Below, piece after piece: positions 49,642-60,283 of a DNA stretch of 64,000 nt; the first letter of the stretch is position 1; every line of letters begins with the position of its first letter. The stretch spans positions 15,751-79,750 of IMG/VR virus record IMGVR_UViG_3300032236_001645. The stretch is one strand, 5' to 3'. The translations under genes were made by a program, and so were the position numbers. The notes beneath the pieces were generated by a model, which was not told the DNA's origin, made no database searches, and worked only from the letters and a program-made list of their open reading frames with translations. This stretch comes from a virus.

Positions 49642-50763
49642 ATGACTCAAATTATAACGGCACAAGAAAAAGAAAAATTATACACACAGGTTTTCCACTT
49701 ATTAGGAATGCCAGTTCGTGGTATTGAACTTACAGAAGAACAAATGGACACTTTTATGGAACTTTCTTTGTCCGAATATGAACAATATGTAAGTGATTGG
49801 TTAATTGAGTCACAATGGAGCGCTTTGGCTGGTTTAGATGTTGATACACATTCCTTAACAAGAGCGTTCACATCAAGAAGTTTGGATTACGAAACACAAT
49901 ATACCTATTCTTATTCTAAAATAGTTGGTTTACAAGCTGGAGGTGATTGGGAATTAAAAAAAGATTTTATTACATTAAAGGCAGATCAACAAGTTTACGA
50001 AATACCTGCGGGACGTGAAATAAATGAATTATTATGGTTTACACGTGCGTCTCTTTCTGATTCTATTGTGGATCCGTTTTTAGGTGGATTTGGTGGTTTA
50101 GGTGGTGTTGGATTTGGTGGAGTGGGTGGTTTTGCTCAAGTAGGTTCTTCAGGTTCTTACTTTATGTTACCCGCTTTTGATTTGTTATTAAGAATGGGTG
50201 ATAGAAATATTAAAAACCGTTTAATTGGTGGTGATGTAACATATAGAATTACTGCAGGTCCTGATGGAAAAAAATTAGTTCATTTATATAATGTACCAGG
50301 CGGAAAATTTGACTTTGCAAACTTAACTAATAACAACTACCAAGTTTGGTATTGGTATTATGAAACAAATGACAAAAATAGAGATAATTGTTTAAATCAA
50401 AATAAAGACATTATTAAATTACCTTCTGATGTTATGACTGATGAATTAACATGGGAAAAACTAAATAAACCTTCACAAAACTGGGTTAGAAAATATCTAA
50501 TCGCTTACGCTAAGGAAGGTTTAGGTAGAATATGGGGTAAATTTTCAGGAGACTTACAAGTTCCTGATAGTTCAGTTAAATTAGATTATCAATCTCTTAT
50601 TACTGAAGGTAAAGATGAAAAATCTAAAGCAGTAGAAGAATTAATGGAACGTCTTGAGAGATTACGTCCTGACAAAATGTTAGAAAGAAAAGCAAACGAA
50701 GCCGAAAATTTAAACAAATCACTTAAGTTTAGAGCGATGCCAGCTCCTATTAATGTTATCTAA
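49642..50763 (+). CDS. Neck / head-tail adaptor protein (gp13-like)
   Basis: LLGMPVRGIELTEEQMD, WVRKYLIAYAKE.LG.I.GKF, L..EGK.EK. Confidence 0.8.
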   Translation: MTQIITAQEKEKLYTQVFHLLGMPVRGIELTEEQMDTFMELSLSEYEQYVSDWLIESQWSALAGLDVDTHSLTRAFTSRSLDYETQYTYSYSKIVGLQAGGDWELKKDFITLKADQQVYEIPAGREINELLWFTRASLSDSIVDPFLGGFGGLGGVGFGGVGGFAQVGSSGSYFMLPAFDLLLRMGDRNIKNRLIGGDVTYRITAGPDGKKLVHLYNVPGGKFDFANLTNNNYQVWYWYYETNDKNRDNCLNQNKDIIKLPSDVMTDELTWEKLNKPSQNWVRKYLIAYAKEGLGRIWGKFSGDLQVPDSSVKLDYQSLITEGKDEKSKAVEELMERLERLRPDKMLERKANEAENLNKSLKFRAMPAPINVI

Positions 50764-53657
50764 CTTTCGACGGCATGTAATGCATAATCATTACCATTCG
50801 TTTCAATGATTTCTTCTTCATTAGATTTAACACTATGTTCTTGTAATGATACAACTTTTCTATTGTGTTCAACCCAAAATTTATCAGCTAATTCTAAACT
50901 ATTTTCAACATACATAAAGAAAGGATCTCTACCCACTCTATTCCAAAATATAACTTCACTATCAGATAAAGTCATAACTTCATCTAATTTATCTTGTCCT
51001 TCTTCTTTTAATGGAAAACCATTAACTAAATCACATTGTTGTTTTGTAAAGTATTGTCTATCTTTTGGATCGTCAATCAGTATATCTTCTCTAATTGATG
51101 GATGAAATACAACTAACAATGGTTCAACACGTTTATTAAAATTATTTAAATAACGAGGAACATTATAATCACCTTTTAAATCAGGATTGTTTAATATTTC
51201 CTTTTCTTCAATCATATAACAGTTTACTTCAATAAAATCATTTGGCATTGGATAACCATTCTTTGCAGTAAATTCTTCTTGTTGTTTTTTTGTTGGTTTT
51301 GTAATTTTTTGTACGTCACCTGATGATTTTTTAGAACCATTATTAACATAATAAATCGTATCACCTAAACCTGCAGGATAATCATTTAACATAATTAATT
51401 CCATATGTGCTTGTCGAGACATTAATGAACCGGCTTTAGTTGTTTTAGTTACATACTTTTTATATTCATTAATACTTTGTTTAACACGTGCTTTGTTTGC
51501 AATTTTTGATAATGGAATTTCTTTATTATAAATTTTACTTACATAATCATAGTATAATTCAACAAATGAATGTCCATCACCATTTAACAAATATTTTAAA
51601 CCTTCATCTAAAAATTCAACAATATATGTTTGTAATTTTTTTGATTTAATTGTGTTACCTGTAAGTTTAACTTTTTCTTTTCCTTTCTTCAACATCTTAA
51701 TAATGTAGTTCTTACGAGAAACATTGATACAAGCTGGTGCAACATAGTCAATATCTAAACCCATTTCATTTCTCATGTATATATCATTAAACTCTGCAGT
51801 ATCCGCCTCAATACCTTTATATTCTTTATCTTTTTCAACCATTTCATTATTACCCAAACCAATATATGTATGTTCATCAATATCTGTAGGTGTTTCAAAA
51901 TTCACACCATCCGTATCCATAACAAGAGGTTTATAACCTTTCTTCATAAAATGCATAATCATCATACGAAGACATTGTCTACCTACACAAGTTATTGTTT
52001 CACCCATATTCATATCACCCCAAGGAAATACATGTGGTGCAGATAGTGAACCAAAATAAGCATTGATAAAAATCTTAATTGGTAATTGTTTACGATCATA
52101 CATTTCCGCTTGTACCGGATCTGTCTTTGCTAATTTACCGGCAAGTAATTTATATTTGATACGAATGTCTCTAAAATATTTTAACATTGATTTTTGTACA
52201 CCCATAACATCACAATCAGGAAATACATCATATACTAATTGAATAGATGGATAAAGAGATGCATAGTCAAACTTAACAATGTTCTTTGAATATCCAACAT
52301 TTAATAATCTTGATAAACCACCTGTAATTGCACGTTTTTCATCTTTAGCTGGAATTGCCAAATTATTTTCATAACTCCATGCCAACATTATTATTTTCCA
52401 CAATGTTGCTGTTCCCATTGTTGCAATTCTTTCATACGTCGTAGGAACGAGTTTTGAAAGTAAAAATGTTGATTGTGAGAAACTATCATCAACTATCATA
52501 GTCTCATACAAGTCATCATCAAGATATTGTTCCACAATTTTTCGTCCTGTCCATATTTCAAATTTATTTGGATATTTTGTTAAAAGATTTTCTGTACCAG
52601 GTTCACCAATTTGTTTATAATTTCCTGTTTTTGGATTTACATAATAACTTTCATTCTCCAAATATATTTTTGAAATCTTTGCACCATCAACGTACACACG
52701 ATTTGTTTTTTCTTTTTCCAAATACTTTGTAATATATTTCAAACCCCAAGATTTAATCTCAGAATTAATTGCCTGAGCCCTACGAACTGAATGGGCAATA
52801 TCAATAATATTAAACCCCCATATAACATGTTGTGTATATGGTTCAATTTCATTTGCAAGTTTTAACATTCCTTCTTTCTCTTTGATACCTTGAGAAGTAA
52901 AAATTTGTGTTAAACCATCAACATCAACACCAAGAATTTGCGCACGTTTTAATATAAATGGAAAGTCAAAAAATGCAGAGTTATATCCTGCAACAATCGT
53001 TGGTTTTAAATCTTTTATGTATTGAAAAAATCTTTCAATACATTTCTTTTCACCATCATCACCAAAAGCAGGAATTGTTTCTTGTAAACCACGATTATCC
53101 TTAACTCCAATCAAAATGATATTACAAGTTTCAGGATCCAAACCTGTGGTTTCAATGTCGAATACAAAACGATGAACTCCACCATAATCATCAATACCTT
53201 TAAATAATCTTTTTTTCTTTTGTATAAGATATTGTTCTACAGGGTTTAATACTGTAAAATATTGTCTATACTTTTCATCCCATGGATTTAATCCACCCAT
53301 TCTAAAAAATGAAATTAAATCTGTATATGACTTAATACTTTTAACAAGATGTGTCATACCATTTTCTAATCTTTCATTTCCGTGAGTATCTAATTTTTCA
53401 ATAAGAATTCCAAACTCACCCATGCGTTTTTTCTGCATGGCTTTTGAATTATTGTAAAAATTTAAACCAGTTAAATCACCAACCCATATAAATGGAGTAA
53501 ATGAATCAGGTTTAACTATTTTTCCTTTTTCAGGATCTTGAATAATTTTGTAGATTGTATTTGTGGGATAGTCGTACTCAACTCCTACAATAAATTGTTC
53601 ATCATCACCACCATTAAGAAAGCTTTCAATAACTTCTTGAGAGATTACCTCTTTCAT
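50760..53657 (-). CDS. DNA polymerase family B with 3'-5' exonuclease
   Basis: Exo I FDIETTG, Exo II YNSAFFDF, DYASLYPS, KIFINAYFG, MDTDG, RKNY. Confidence 0.95.
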   Translation of the reverse strand: MKEVISQEVIESFLNGGDDEQFIVGVEYDYPTNTIYKIIQDPEKGKIVKPDSFTPFIWVGDLTGLNFYNNSKAMQKKRMGEFGILIEKLDTHGNERLENGMTHLVKSIKSYTDLISFFRMGGLNPWDEKYRQYFTVLNPVEQYLIQKKKRLFKGIDDYGGVHRFVFDIETTGLDPETCNIILIGVKDNRGLQETIPAFGDDGEKKCIERFFQYIKDLKPTIVAGYNSAFFDFPFILKRAQILGVDVDGLTQIFTSQGIKEKEGMLKLANEIEPYTQHVIWGFNIIDIAHSVRRAQAINSEIKSWGLKYITKYLEKEKTNRVYVDGAKISKIYLENESYYVNPKTGNYKQIGEPGTENLLTKYPNKFEIWTGRKIVEQYLDDDLYETMIVDDSFSQSTFLLSKLVPTTYERIATMGTATLWKIIMLAWSYENNLAIPAKDEKRAITGGLSRLLNVGYSKNIVKFDYASLYPSIQLVYDVFPDCDVMGVQKSMLKYFRDIRIKYKLLAGKLAKTDPVQAEMYDRKQLPIKIFINAYFGSLSAPHVFPWGDMNMGETITCVGRQCLRMMIMHFMKKGYKPLVMDTDGVNFETPTDIDEHTYIGLGNNEMVEKDKEYKGIEADTAEFNDIYMRNEMGLDIDYVAPACINVSRKNYIIKMLKKGKEKVKLTGNTIKSKKLQTYIVEFLDEGLKYLLNGDGHSFVELYYDYVSKIYNKEIPLSKIANKARVKQSINEYKKYVTKTTKAGSLMSRQAHMELIMLNDYPAGLGDTIYYVNNGSKKSSGDVQKITKPTKKQQEEFTAKNGYPMPNDFIEVNCYMIEEKEILNNPDLKGDYNVPRYLNNFNKRVEPLLVVFHPSIREDILIDDPKDRQYFTKQQCDLVNGFPLKEEGQDKLDEVMTLSDSEVIFWNRVGRDPFFMYVENSLELADKFWVEHNRKVVSLQEHSVKSNEEEIIETNGNDYALHAVES

Positions 53658-53669
53658 ATTATATTTTAT

Positions 53670-53723
53670 TTAATGTGACGTATTAGCTTGTGATTAAATC
53701 ACAATTTGCCTTGTTTACATTAA
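53670..53723 (-). promoter_or_regulatory. Nested hairpin in the polymerase 5' leader
   Basis: Inner TTGTGAT-TAA-ATCACAA (53688-53704); outer TTAATGT (53670-53676) pairs with ACATTAA (53717-53723). Confidence 0.45.
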
Positions 53724-53747
53724 TAATTATAAGAAAAAAAAGATGAA

Positions 53748-54116
53748 TTAAAAAATGTTGATGTATAATTTTTCTTTAACAGGTAAAATTAATTTAGATG
53801 TAGGACTTAAATTTGTGTCTCTAAATTGAACTATCACTTTACCTTCGTATTTACCAATTTCAGATGTCTCTTGTTCAGTAAATTGGTGAATTATATAATA
53901 TTCGTCTGTTGTTTGATTATATAATTTTGTTCTGTACGCTATACTACAAGGTGAATCTAAAATAACATAATCACCTGTTTTACTATCAATCATCTCAAAT
54001 GTAATTTGTGCATTTTCCAATCTTTCATTAAAAGAACTTTTATCATTCTTTCCATCTTGTATCATTCTTAATTTTAAAATTGGTTCCGATGCACCTTGTC
54101 TAATTTGAAATTCCAT
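53748..54116 (-). CDS. BppU-N-like Ig-fold structural protein (122 aa)
   Basis: F.IRQG..PILK...HQFT..ETS..GKYEG.V.VQF...ILP. Confidence 0.6.
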   Translation of the reverse strand: MEFQIRQGASEPILKLRMIQDGKNDKSSFNERLENAQITFEMIDSKTGDYVILDSPCSIAYRTKLYNQTTDEYYIIHQFTEQETSEIGKYEGKVIVQFRDTNLSPTSKLILPVKEKLYINIF

Positions 54117-54127
54117 TTTTATATAAT

Positions 54128-55729
54128 TTAAATAAATTGTCCGTTATGTGTTATCACATTAAATTGGAATTTAGCCACTTCTTCAAATGCTTCACAATTT
54201 TGTGTGTTACTTGTTATTACTTTTCCATTAGATTCAACCATTAAAGTTTGAGTTGATTGCGGGTATTCAAATGTGTAACCATTTTGAACCGGATAATTTA
54301 ATCCATCAGATTTCCACATTGTCGATCTCATAATAACAGGATTACTACCTGGTATACCATACCAAGTTGCAGTGAAAGTTAATTCAATATCATTAGTTGC
54401 ACCTGAATATAATTTATATTGTGTTAAATCAAATAAAATTGCCTCTGTACCATTACCATGATTATCTCCTCCATATGTAATTATTGGATTACCACTTGTT
54501 GGAAATGAATAAACAGGTTCCGCATTACAAGTACCTACATAATCACCTTGTAAACCATCCGCAAAATCATTATTCATAATTGCAGGATTTGATATGTAAG
54601 TCATTGTATCCATATCTTCACCATCACTAAAGAAATATTCAACTAACATATAATCAAAATCAAAATTAAATGCTCCTGTTGTAAAACTTGATGAATTGGT
54701 TGGTGTAGGAGTTGGAGTTGGTGTAGTATGTGGAGTTCCTGTTGGTGTATGACTTGGTGTTGGAGTTGGTGTAGTATGTGGAGTTCCTGTTGGTGTAATA
54801 CCTAAAGTAGCTGATGGTGTTGGTGTAATAGAATTTGTAGGTGTTTGAGTTGGAGTTGGCGTGTTTGTTGATGTCGGTGTTGGTGTAGGTGTAATCAAAC
54901 CAATTATATTATCTGAACAACCGCCATCACATTCCGTAATATTCCAATTTGGTTTTATTATTGTTGTATAATGATTTTTTACTGTTAGAAAATCAAAAGG
55001 TTCTTCATAATATTCTATATTTTGTAAAATAAATTGTGTATATCCGTTATGAATTCCTAAAATACCATCTGTACCAATACCCCAAGATTGAATTAATTGA
55101 TTTTCACTTTGTCTTTGTGATGGTATAATTTCTTCAAAATTTTCCAATTTATATATTGGATTACCGTTAAGATATATTTTTAAAGTTCCTAATCTTGAAT
55201 TTTTTTCGTCATACCACTTTTTAGATAAAACTTCAACTGATGTAAGTTGTTGTGTTGCTCCAGTTAACCAATCAACAGTTGTAGTTGAATCAGTTACACC
55301 ATTTATTGTTGATATTAAATCATTTAAACCACCTTCATTTTGTAATCCACATTCAGTTAAAGTTTTATATCTTTTAAATGTAATTGTAATATTAAAATCA
55401 TTTACAGTTCCTCCTGAACATAGTGTAGTAGTTTCTCCCGAAACAATATTATAGACATTTGTATAACCTGATACAGTACTAATAGGTGTATAATGTATTG
55501 CTTTCCATATAATTTTACCATCATCAGTAAATCCAAATGATAAATTATTGTCAGCATAATTGTAATCAATAGTTTCACCACTAATTCCCCAATAATAAAA
55601 AACAGAACCATCATTCCAAGGTAATCCATTTCTATTAAAGACAAAATCTAACGTCCAACCATTTTCGGTTCTTTTTCTTATATAAGGTGATCCCGATTCT
55701 AATTCATATATAACATTTGTAAATGACAT
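54128..55729 (-). CDS. Structural protein with LamG/ConA-like N-terminal region, Thr/Pro linker and C-terminal domain (533 aa)
   Basis: [17 protein letters not shown]; TPTPT linker; motif 3 nt upstream of the start. Confidence 0.55.
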   Translation of the reverse strand: MSFTNVIYELESGSPYIRKRTENGWTLDFVFNRNGLPWNDGSVFYYWGISGETIDYNYADNNLSFGFTDDGKIIWKAIHYTPISTVSGYTNVYNIVSGETTTLCSGGTVNDFNITITFKRYKTLTECGLQNEGGLNDLISTINGVTDSTTTVDWLTGATQQLTSVEVLSKKWYDEKNSRLGTLKIYLNGNPIYKLENFEEIIPSQRQSENQLIQSWGIGTDGILGIHNGYTQFILQNIEYYEEPFDFLTVKNHYTTIIKPNWNITECDGGCSDNIIGLITPTPTPTSTNTPTPTQTPTNSITPTPSATLGITPTGTPHTTPTPTPSHTPTGTPHTTPTPTPTPTNSSSFTTGAFNFDFDYMLVEYFFSDGEDMDTMTYISNPAIMNNDFADGLQGDYVGTCNAEPVYSFPTSGNPIITYGGDNHGNGTEAILFDLTQYKLYSGATNDIELTFTATWYGIPGSNPVIMRSTMWKSDGLNYPVQNGYTFEYPQSTQTLMVESNGKVITSNTQNCEAFEEVAKFQFNVITHNGQFI

Positions 55730-55768
55730 GTCTATAAATAGTTTGTATTAATCTTTCTATTTTAATTT

Positions 55769-58051
55769 TTATGTTGATGTGAATCTAAATGTTAGTTGTA
55801 TTGTAACATATAGATTATCCAATAATTGGAAATGTCCATATCCCATCCATTTTACCCATGCAGTATCGTTGATAGTTAAAATTCTAAATTGTGTAGAATT
55901 ATAAACCGCCGGAAACACTTTTCCACCGGTTGAACCATTACTAATCATCCCACAACCTGATGGTATTACATATGTTGCATTATACCAACTACTAGTGTTA
56001 ATATTTGCTTGATATTGTGTCTGTGATGGTATAGTCATATCAAATGATAAACCATTAGGTAAAGTAAATAGATAATCACCAGAACCATTTGCAGCACCCG
56101 TGTTTGCCGTTTGGTAATATGTCATAACCACTTCCCATTCTTTTGCTCCAAGTTGTCTATAACTAATATCATCTTTTGTTCTAACTCCTTTTGTTGGTGC
56201 TGTTGTTGTACCTCCTATCGTAACTGCACCTGCACTTGTCCAAGCGGGTACAACACCCATGGATATCCCTGAACTACCAGAAGAACCCGATGTACCACTG
56301 GTTCCTGAAGTACCTGAACCTGCTGTTTCTTGAATTGTAATTTGACTACCATTAAAACCAACCGCATTACCTATATTTAAATTACCTCCACTTGATTGCC
56401 ATGTATAAATCTTAAAATATTCATTAGGTGCCAATTGAATACTTCCGCAAACATTTAAACCAGTACCATCAGAAGTTGCTGTTTGTACTAATGTCTCTGC
56501 ATATCTGTCTCCTGGTAAAGCAGTACCCGCTGAATTCAAACCAATATATACCGCCCTTGTACCTGTTGAATTTGGTGCAAATGATAAGGTGGCTTCAACA
56601 ATATATGTTCTTGTTGATGATGATGTATTGGTAAATGTTCCACCACTATATGTAAGTGATTGTGTTCCAGTAGAAACCTTTGAAGTATCAAATAATACGA
56701 CTGTATCACTTGATGTTGGAATACTTTGTGTTGTACTATGTTTTCTAATTAAAAGTGAAGACACACCACTTGTACCAGAAGTTCCTGATGAACCAACACC
56801 CGAAGATCCACTTGTACCTGACGTACCTGAAGAACCAACGCCACTACTACCACTTGTTCCCGATGTTCCATTATTTACGGTTATGGTTGGAGTTAATTGT
56901 ATAATTTCATAACTAGCATATCCATTATTAACTGTAATTGAATTATTTGTTGTTTGTCTTAATTCGTAAGTTGTATTAACCAAAGGTGTTACAAAGTGAG
57001 TTGCAATAACTGTCGATGCTACACCAGTATTACTTGTTGTCATTTCGCCAAACGCCTCAACTCCAACGTAAGCACTATTTGTTACATCGTACCATTTAAA
57101 AGTACCCCAAGTAGAATTTGATACAAATCTTCTAATGATAGCCTCCAATTTGTAGGTATTACCTGCAGTCAATGTTACTTGAGTATTAGAAGTTTTTGTT
57201 ATTAAAGAACCATTTATTGCGTTTGTCGTTTGGAAAGCAACGGCGGTACCATTTCCAACACTACCTTGATCGGCATTGTTTGAAGCAAAAATATAAGCTG
57301 GATTTAAAGTTGACGATGCTACACCACTTGGGCTAGTTCCTGAAGAACCTGACGTACCCGAACTTCCTGAAGAACCAACACCACTAGTTCCTGAAGTACC
57401 TGATGAACCATTAGAACCTGATGTACCTGAAGAACCATTAGAACCTGACGAACCTATACCCGATGTACCACTACTTCCACTACTTCCATGACTACCTGAT
57501 GTTCCACTTGTTCCCGATGTTCCATGACTACCCACAGAACCACTTGTACCTGAACTACCACTTGTTCCAGCAGTACCTGAAGATCCTATACCAGATGTTC
57601 CACTAGATCCTGATGAACCATGACTACCTGATGTTCCACTTGTACCTGATGTACCAGGATTACCTGATAATCCAGATGAACCTGAAGTACCTGAACTACC
57701 ACTTGATCCTGCAGTACCTGAACCACCTGAAGTACCTGAACTACCATTAATTCCTGAACTACCTGAAGATCCGCTTGATCCTGAAGAACCACTATAACCT
57801 GAACTACCCGAAGAACCATTTGTTCCTGATAATCCACTTGTTCCTGAAGAACCATTTAAACCCGAAGTTCCACTTGTTCCATTAATACCAGATGTACCTG
57901 AAGTACCAGATGTTTGTGAAGTACCTAAAATTAATTCTTTGGTTACTTTATATGTTGTAGTTTCTAATCTATTATTCATTACCAAATAAACACCGGTTGT
58001 GTCCCCTGTGTAAAGTGGTAATTCATTAATTCTTTTATTATTAGTACTCAT
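55769..58051 (-). CDS. Collagen-like tail fibre with (G-S/T-S)n triplet segments and C1q/BclA-like globular domains (760 aa)
   Basis: N-terminal KRINELP; three Gly-X-Y Ser/Thr tracts alternating with beta-rich domains (VVLFDT...GTFT...YIVEATLSF). Confidence 0.75.
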   Translation of the reverse strand: MSTNNKRINELPLYTGDTTGVYLVMNNRLETTTYKVTKELILGTSQTSGTSGTSGINGTSGTSGLNGSSGTSGLSGTNGSSGSSGYSGSSGSSGSSGSSGINGSSGTSGGSGTAGSSGSSGTSGSSGLSGNPGTSGTSGTSGSHGSSGSSGTSGIGSSGTAGTSGSSGTSGSVGSHGTSGTSGTSGSHGSSGSSGTSGIGSSGSNGSSGTSGSNGSSGTSGTSGVGSSGSSGTSGSSGTSPSGVASSTLNPAYIFASNNADQGSVGNGTAVAFQTTNAINGSLITKTSNTQVTLTAGNTYKLEAIIRRFVSNSTWGTFKWYDVTNSAYVGVEAFGEMTTSNTGVASTVIATHFVTPLVNTTYELRQTTNNSITVNNGYASYEIIQLTPTITVNNGTSGTSGSSGVGSSGTSGTSGSSGVGSSGTSGTSGVSSLLIRKHSTTQSIPTSSDTVVLFDTSKVSTGTQSLTYSGGTFTNTSSSTRTYIVEATLSFAPNSTGTRAVYIGLNSAGTALPGDRYAETLVQTATSDGTGLNVCGSIQLAPNEYFKIYTWQSSGGNLNIGNAVGFNGSQITIQETAGSGTSGTSGTSGSSGSSGISMGVVPAWTSAGAVTIGGTTTAPTKGVRTKDDISYRQLGAKEWEVVMTYYQTANTGAANGSGDYLFTLPNGLSFDMTIPSQTQYQANINTSSWYNATYVIPSGCGMISNGSTGGKVFPAVYNSTQFRILTINDTAWVKWMGYGHFQLLDNLYVTIQLTFRFTST

Positions 58052-58062
58052 TTATAAAAATT

Positions 58063-58365
58063 TTAAAATTGAAATTGAATTTTATCATATCCTTGTGTTG
58101 TTAATATAATACCTGACATATCGGTTATAAAATAATCTTCAGTTTCAAAATTTACACTTAACACCAATTTGTGAACTATAGGAATATTAGGTGTAATTAA
58201 TTCATAATCAGGACTATAGTCTAATTCAAAATCATAATATTCAGAATTATCAATTTTCAAATCATATTTTTCCTGTTTATCTTCCTCATAGTCAAAATAT
58301 TGAGATTTATCTACCCTAATATCAAGTTTTCTACTATAAAATGTCAAAATATTTTGATGTGCCAT
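58063..58365 (-). CDS. Small structural/adaptor protein (100 aa; start revised to MAHQNIL)
   Basis: Motif at 58371-58378 lies 5 nt before the ATG at 58365; C-terminal YFITDMSG.ILTTQG. Confidence 0.6.
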   Translation of the reverse strand: MAHQNILTFYSRKLDIRVDKSQYFDYEEDKQEKYDLKIDNSEYYDFELDYSPDYELITPNIPIVHKLVLSVNFETEDYFITDMSGIILTTQGYDKIQFQF

Positions 58366-58370
58366 GATTA

Positions 58371-58403
58371 TATAAATATCTTTCATAACATTTGATATTT
58401 ATA
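58371..58403. promoter_or_regulatory. Back-to-back pair of TATTTATA motifs driving divergent transcription
   Basis: TATAAATA at 58371-58378 (minus-strand sense) and TATTTATA at 58396-58403 (plus-strand sense). Confidence 0.65.
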
Positions 58404-58418
58404 TAAAAGTCTATTTAG

Positions 58419-59192
58419 ATGAATAATTTTATAAAACAAGTAATTGAGGAGAAATTTGCGTCAAAAGCACAACAAAGATTCTTCTATGCAAAGGCTAAAG
58501 GTGGTAAAAACAAGAAGTGGTCCAAATGGGCTAAAGAGTTTTCTGACAAGACAGATTATAGTAAAATACCTGATAAAGTAGAAAAAGAACAAGAAGTTGA
58601 TGAGATAGTAGATAAAAATGGTAATATCGCTACAGGTAAAATGCCAACTGATTTTAACACAAAAGGTATTGGTGATGAATGGACTACTGATGAAGTTGTA
58701 AAAACTGCGGCAGGTTCTATGGGAACTCATGGTGTTCATGGTACACATACTTCATTAAGATATTGGGCCGAAGGTAAATTAACCAAAGAAAAACTTATTG
58801 AAATTGCTATGGGTGATGCTTTAGGTTTTGAAGAAACTATGGGTGAAGATGAACCTTATAAAAAAGCATTTAAACATTTTACTGAAGAGTTGGGACTTTC
58901 CGATGAGGAAGCTAAAGAAAGATTGGAAGCCATGGGTTATATACCAGGACAAAATGATGTTGTTAGATTAGTAGAAAATCCTTTGAGTTTTATGGAAGAT
59001 TATATTGAAGATGTGTTAAAGAAAAAAAAACAAAAGGATAACGATTTATTGATGAAAGATAAAGAAAATGAAGTAAAGGAAGTTCACCCAATTGTTAAGA
59101 GACAAATTATGTCCTTAAAAAATAGTATGAAAAGCCATGGTTTGAATACAGATGACGTATTAAAACATTTAGAGGACGAAGATAATGAATAA
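58419..59192 (+). CDS. Hypothetical charged protein, possibly head-internal (257 aa)
   Basis: IKQVIEEKFASKAQQRFFYAK N-terminus; motif upstream. Confidence 0.6.
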   Translation: MNNFIKQVIEEKFASKAQQRFFYAKAKGGKNKKWSKWAKEFSDKTDYSKIPDKVEKEQEVDEIVDKNGNIATGKMPTDFNTKGIGDEWTTDEVVKTAAGSMGTHGVHGTHTSLRYWAEGKLTKEKLIEIAMGDALGFEETMGEDEPYKKAFKHFTEELGLSDEEAKERLEAMGYIPGQNDVVRLVENPLSFMEDYIEDVLKKKKQKDNDLLMKDKENEVKEVHPIVKRQIMSLKNSMKSHGLNTDDVLKHLEDEDNE

Positions 59193-59682
59193 AGAATTAA
59201 AACATAGGATTTTTGATATACCTCAAGATATATTAAACAGTATAAATCACACAGTTAGTGGGTTATATGGTGTTCATGCTAGAGGTATTCAAAGAGCCCA
59301 AAAACTTTTACAGGATAAAAAAGTAAAATATGGACAATTAAAAAGAATTATCCATGATTTACAAAATACTGATCCGATGAAAGATAAAGTAAAATATGAT
59401 CTAGCCGGTGGTAATTTGATGTTAAAATGGGGTAAACAATTTTTAGATGGTGAGAGAGAATTAATATTAAATAAAAAACAAGGTAGGAAAGATGCGGATG
59501 AAATGTCAGGTATAACAGGAGAAAGAAAAAATAGTTTTTTAAAGAAACATTCAAAAAAACCTGATTTTTTACCGGCACTTAATATGATGAAAAGTAATTC
59601 TCATAAAACATCGGTATCAAATTTGGGTATAGGAAAATTATTTGAAGAAATAAATAAGATTAAGAAACTAATTATATATTAA
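59185..59682 (+). CDS. Hypothetical basic protein (165 aa)
   Basis: Overlapping start; ends LFEEINKIKKLIIY. Confidence 0.6.
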   Translation: MNKELKHRIFDIPQDILNSINHTVSGLYGVHARGIQRAQKLLQDKKVKYGQLKRIIHDLQNTDPMKDKVKYDLAGGNLMLKWGKQFLDGERELILNKKQGRKDADEMSGITGERKNSFLKKHSKKPDFLPALNMMKSNSHKTSVSNLGIGKLFEEINKIKKLIIY

Positions 59683-59683
59683 T

Positions 59684-60283
59684 ATGATAGAAACATATAA
59701 TGGATCAACAGAAACCGTTAAATCTCCTTTAGAAAAAACATCAATCCCTTTATTAGAAAAAGAATTGGTGATTAACAAATATACGCCTGACAGTGGTTAT
59801 AATTCAAATGAAAAAGCATCTGTACCAGAAGAAAAAACCGCAGTAACATCTGTTGATATCAATACAAGAATTCAAGTTACATCTATAAACAAATATAATT
59901 CAGAAAATGGATATGGTTCTAATGAAAAGGCTTACATGTCAAACGAAACAACGGCAGTAACACCAATAGATATACATACAAGAATTCAAGAAATTGCAAT
60001 TAACAAATTTAATTCCGATAAACCATATGGTATAATTCCAAATGATACGAAAGATACCGTGGCATCTAATACATTTGTTAGTCCATTAGATATTCAAGCG
60101 AGAAATGCGGAAATAGCGATTAACAAATTTAATTCAGAAAAACCTTATAACTCTAAAGAAAGGGCTAATTTATCCGATTCACAAATTGAGGTTAGTTCCG
60201 TTGACGTACATACAAGAATACAAGAAATTGCAATAAATCACTATAGTTCAAATAAAACATATCCAGATTTTCCAACCGCATAA
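59684..60283 (+). CDS. Hypothetical protein of five ~38-40 aa repeats (199 aa)
   Basis: Repeats centred on IN(K/H)(Y/F) with upstream D(I/V)xTRIQEIA. Confidence 0.7.
   Translation: MIETYNGSTETVKSPLEKTSIPLLEKELVINKYTPDSGYNSNEKASVPEEKTAVTSVDINTRIQVTSINKYNSENGYGSNEKAYMSNETTAVTPIDIHTRIQEIAINKFNSDKPYGIIPNDTKDTVASNTFVSPLDIQARNAEIAINKFNSEKPYNSKERANLSDSQIEVSSVDVHTRIQEIAINHYSSNKTYPDFPTA

Noticed and set aside
8720-51495. Other CACGTG cores (about 8727, 50042, 51486) as additional parS sites
   Set aside because: They are inside coding sequence and lack the GTT(C/T)...(G/A)AAC flanks
19252-53657. Inteins, group I introns or homing endonucleases in RNR, helicase, RecA or polymerase
   Set aside because: Continuous ORFs of ordinary size, with no intein termini or LAGLIDADG/HNH/GIY-YIG motifs recognised
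2417-58051. Diversity-generating retroelement acting on the fibres
   Set aside because: No reverse transcriptase, and no template/variable repeat pair with adenine-specific differences seen in this window
58366-58386. Upstream start of the ORF 58063..58386
   Set aside because: The TATTTATA motif lies inside this extension; the ATG at 58365 fits the spacing seen at other genes
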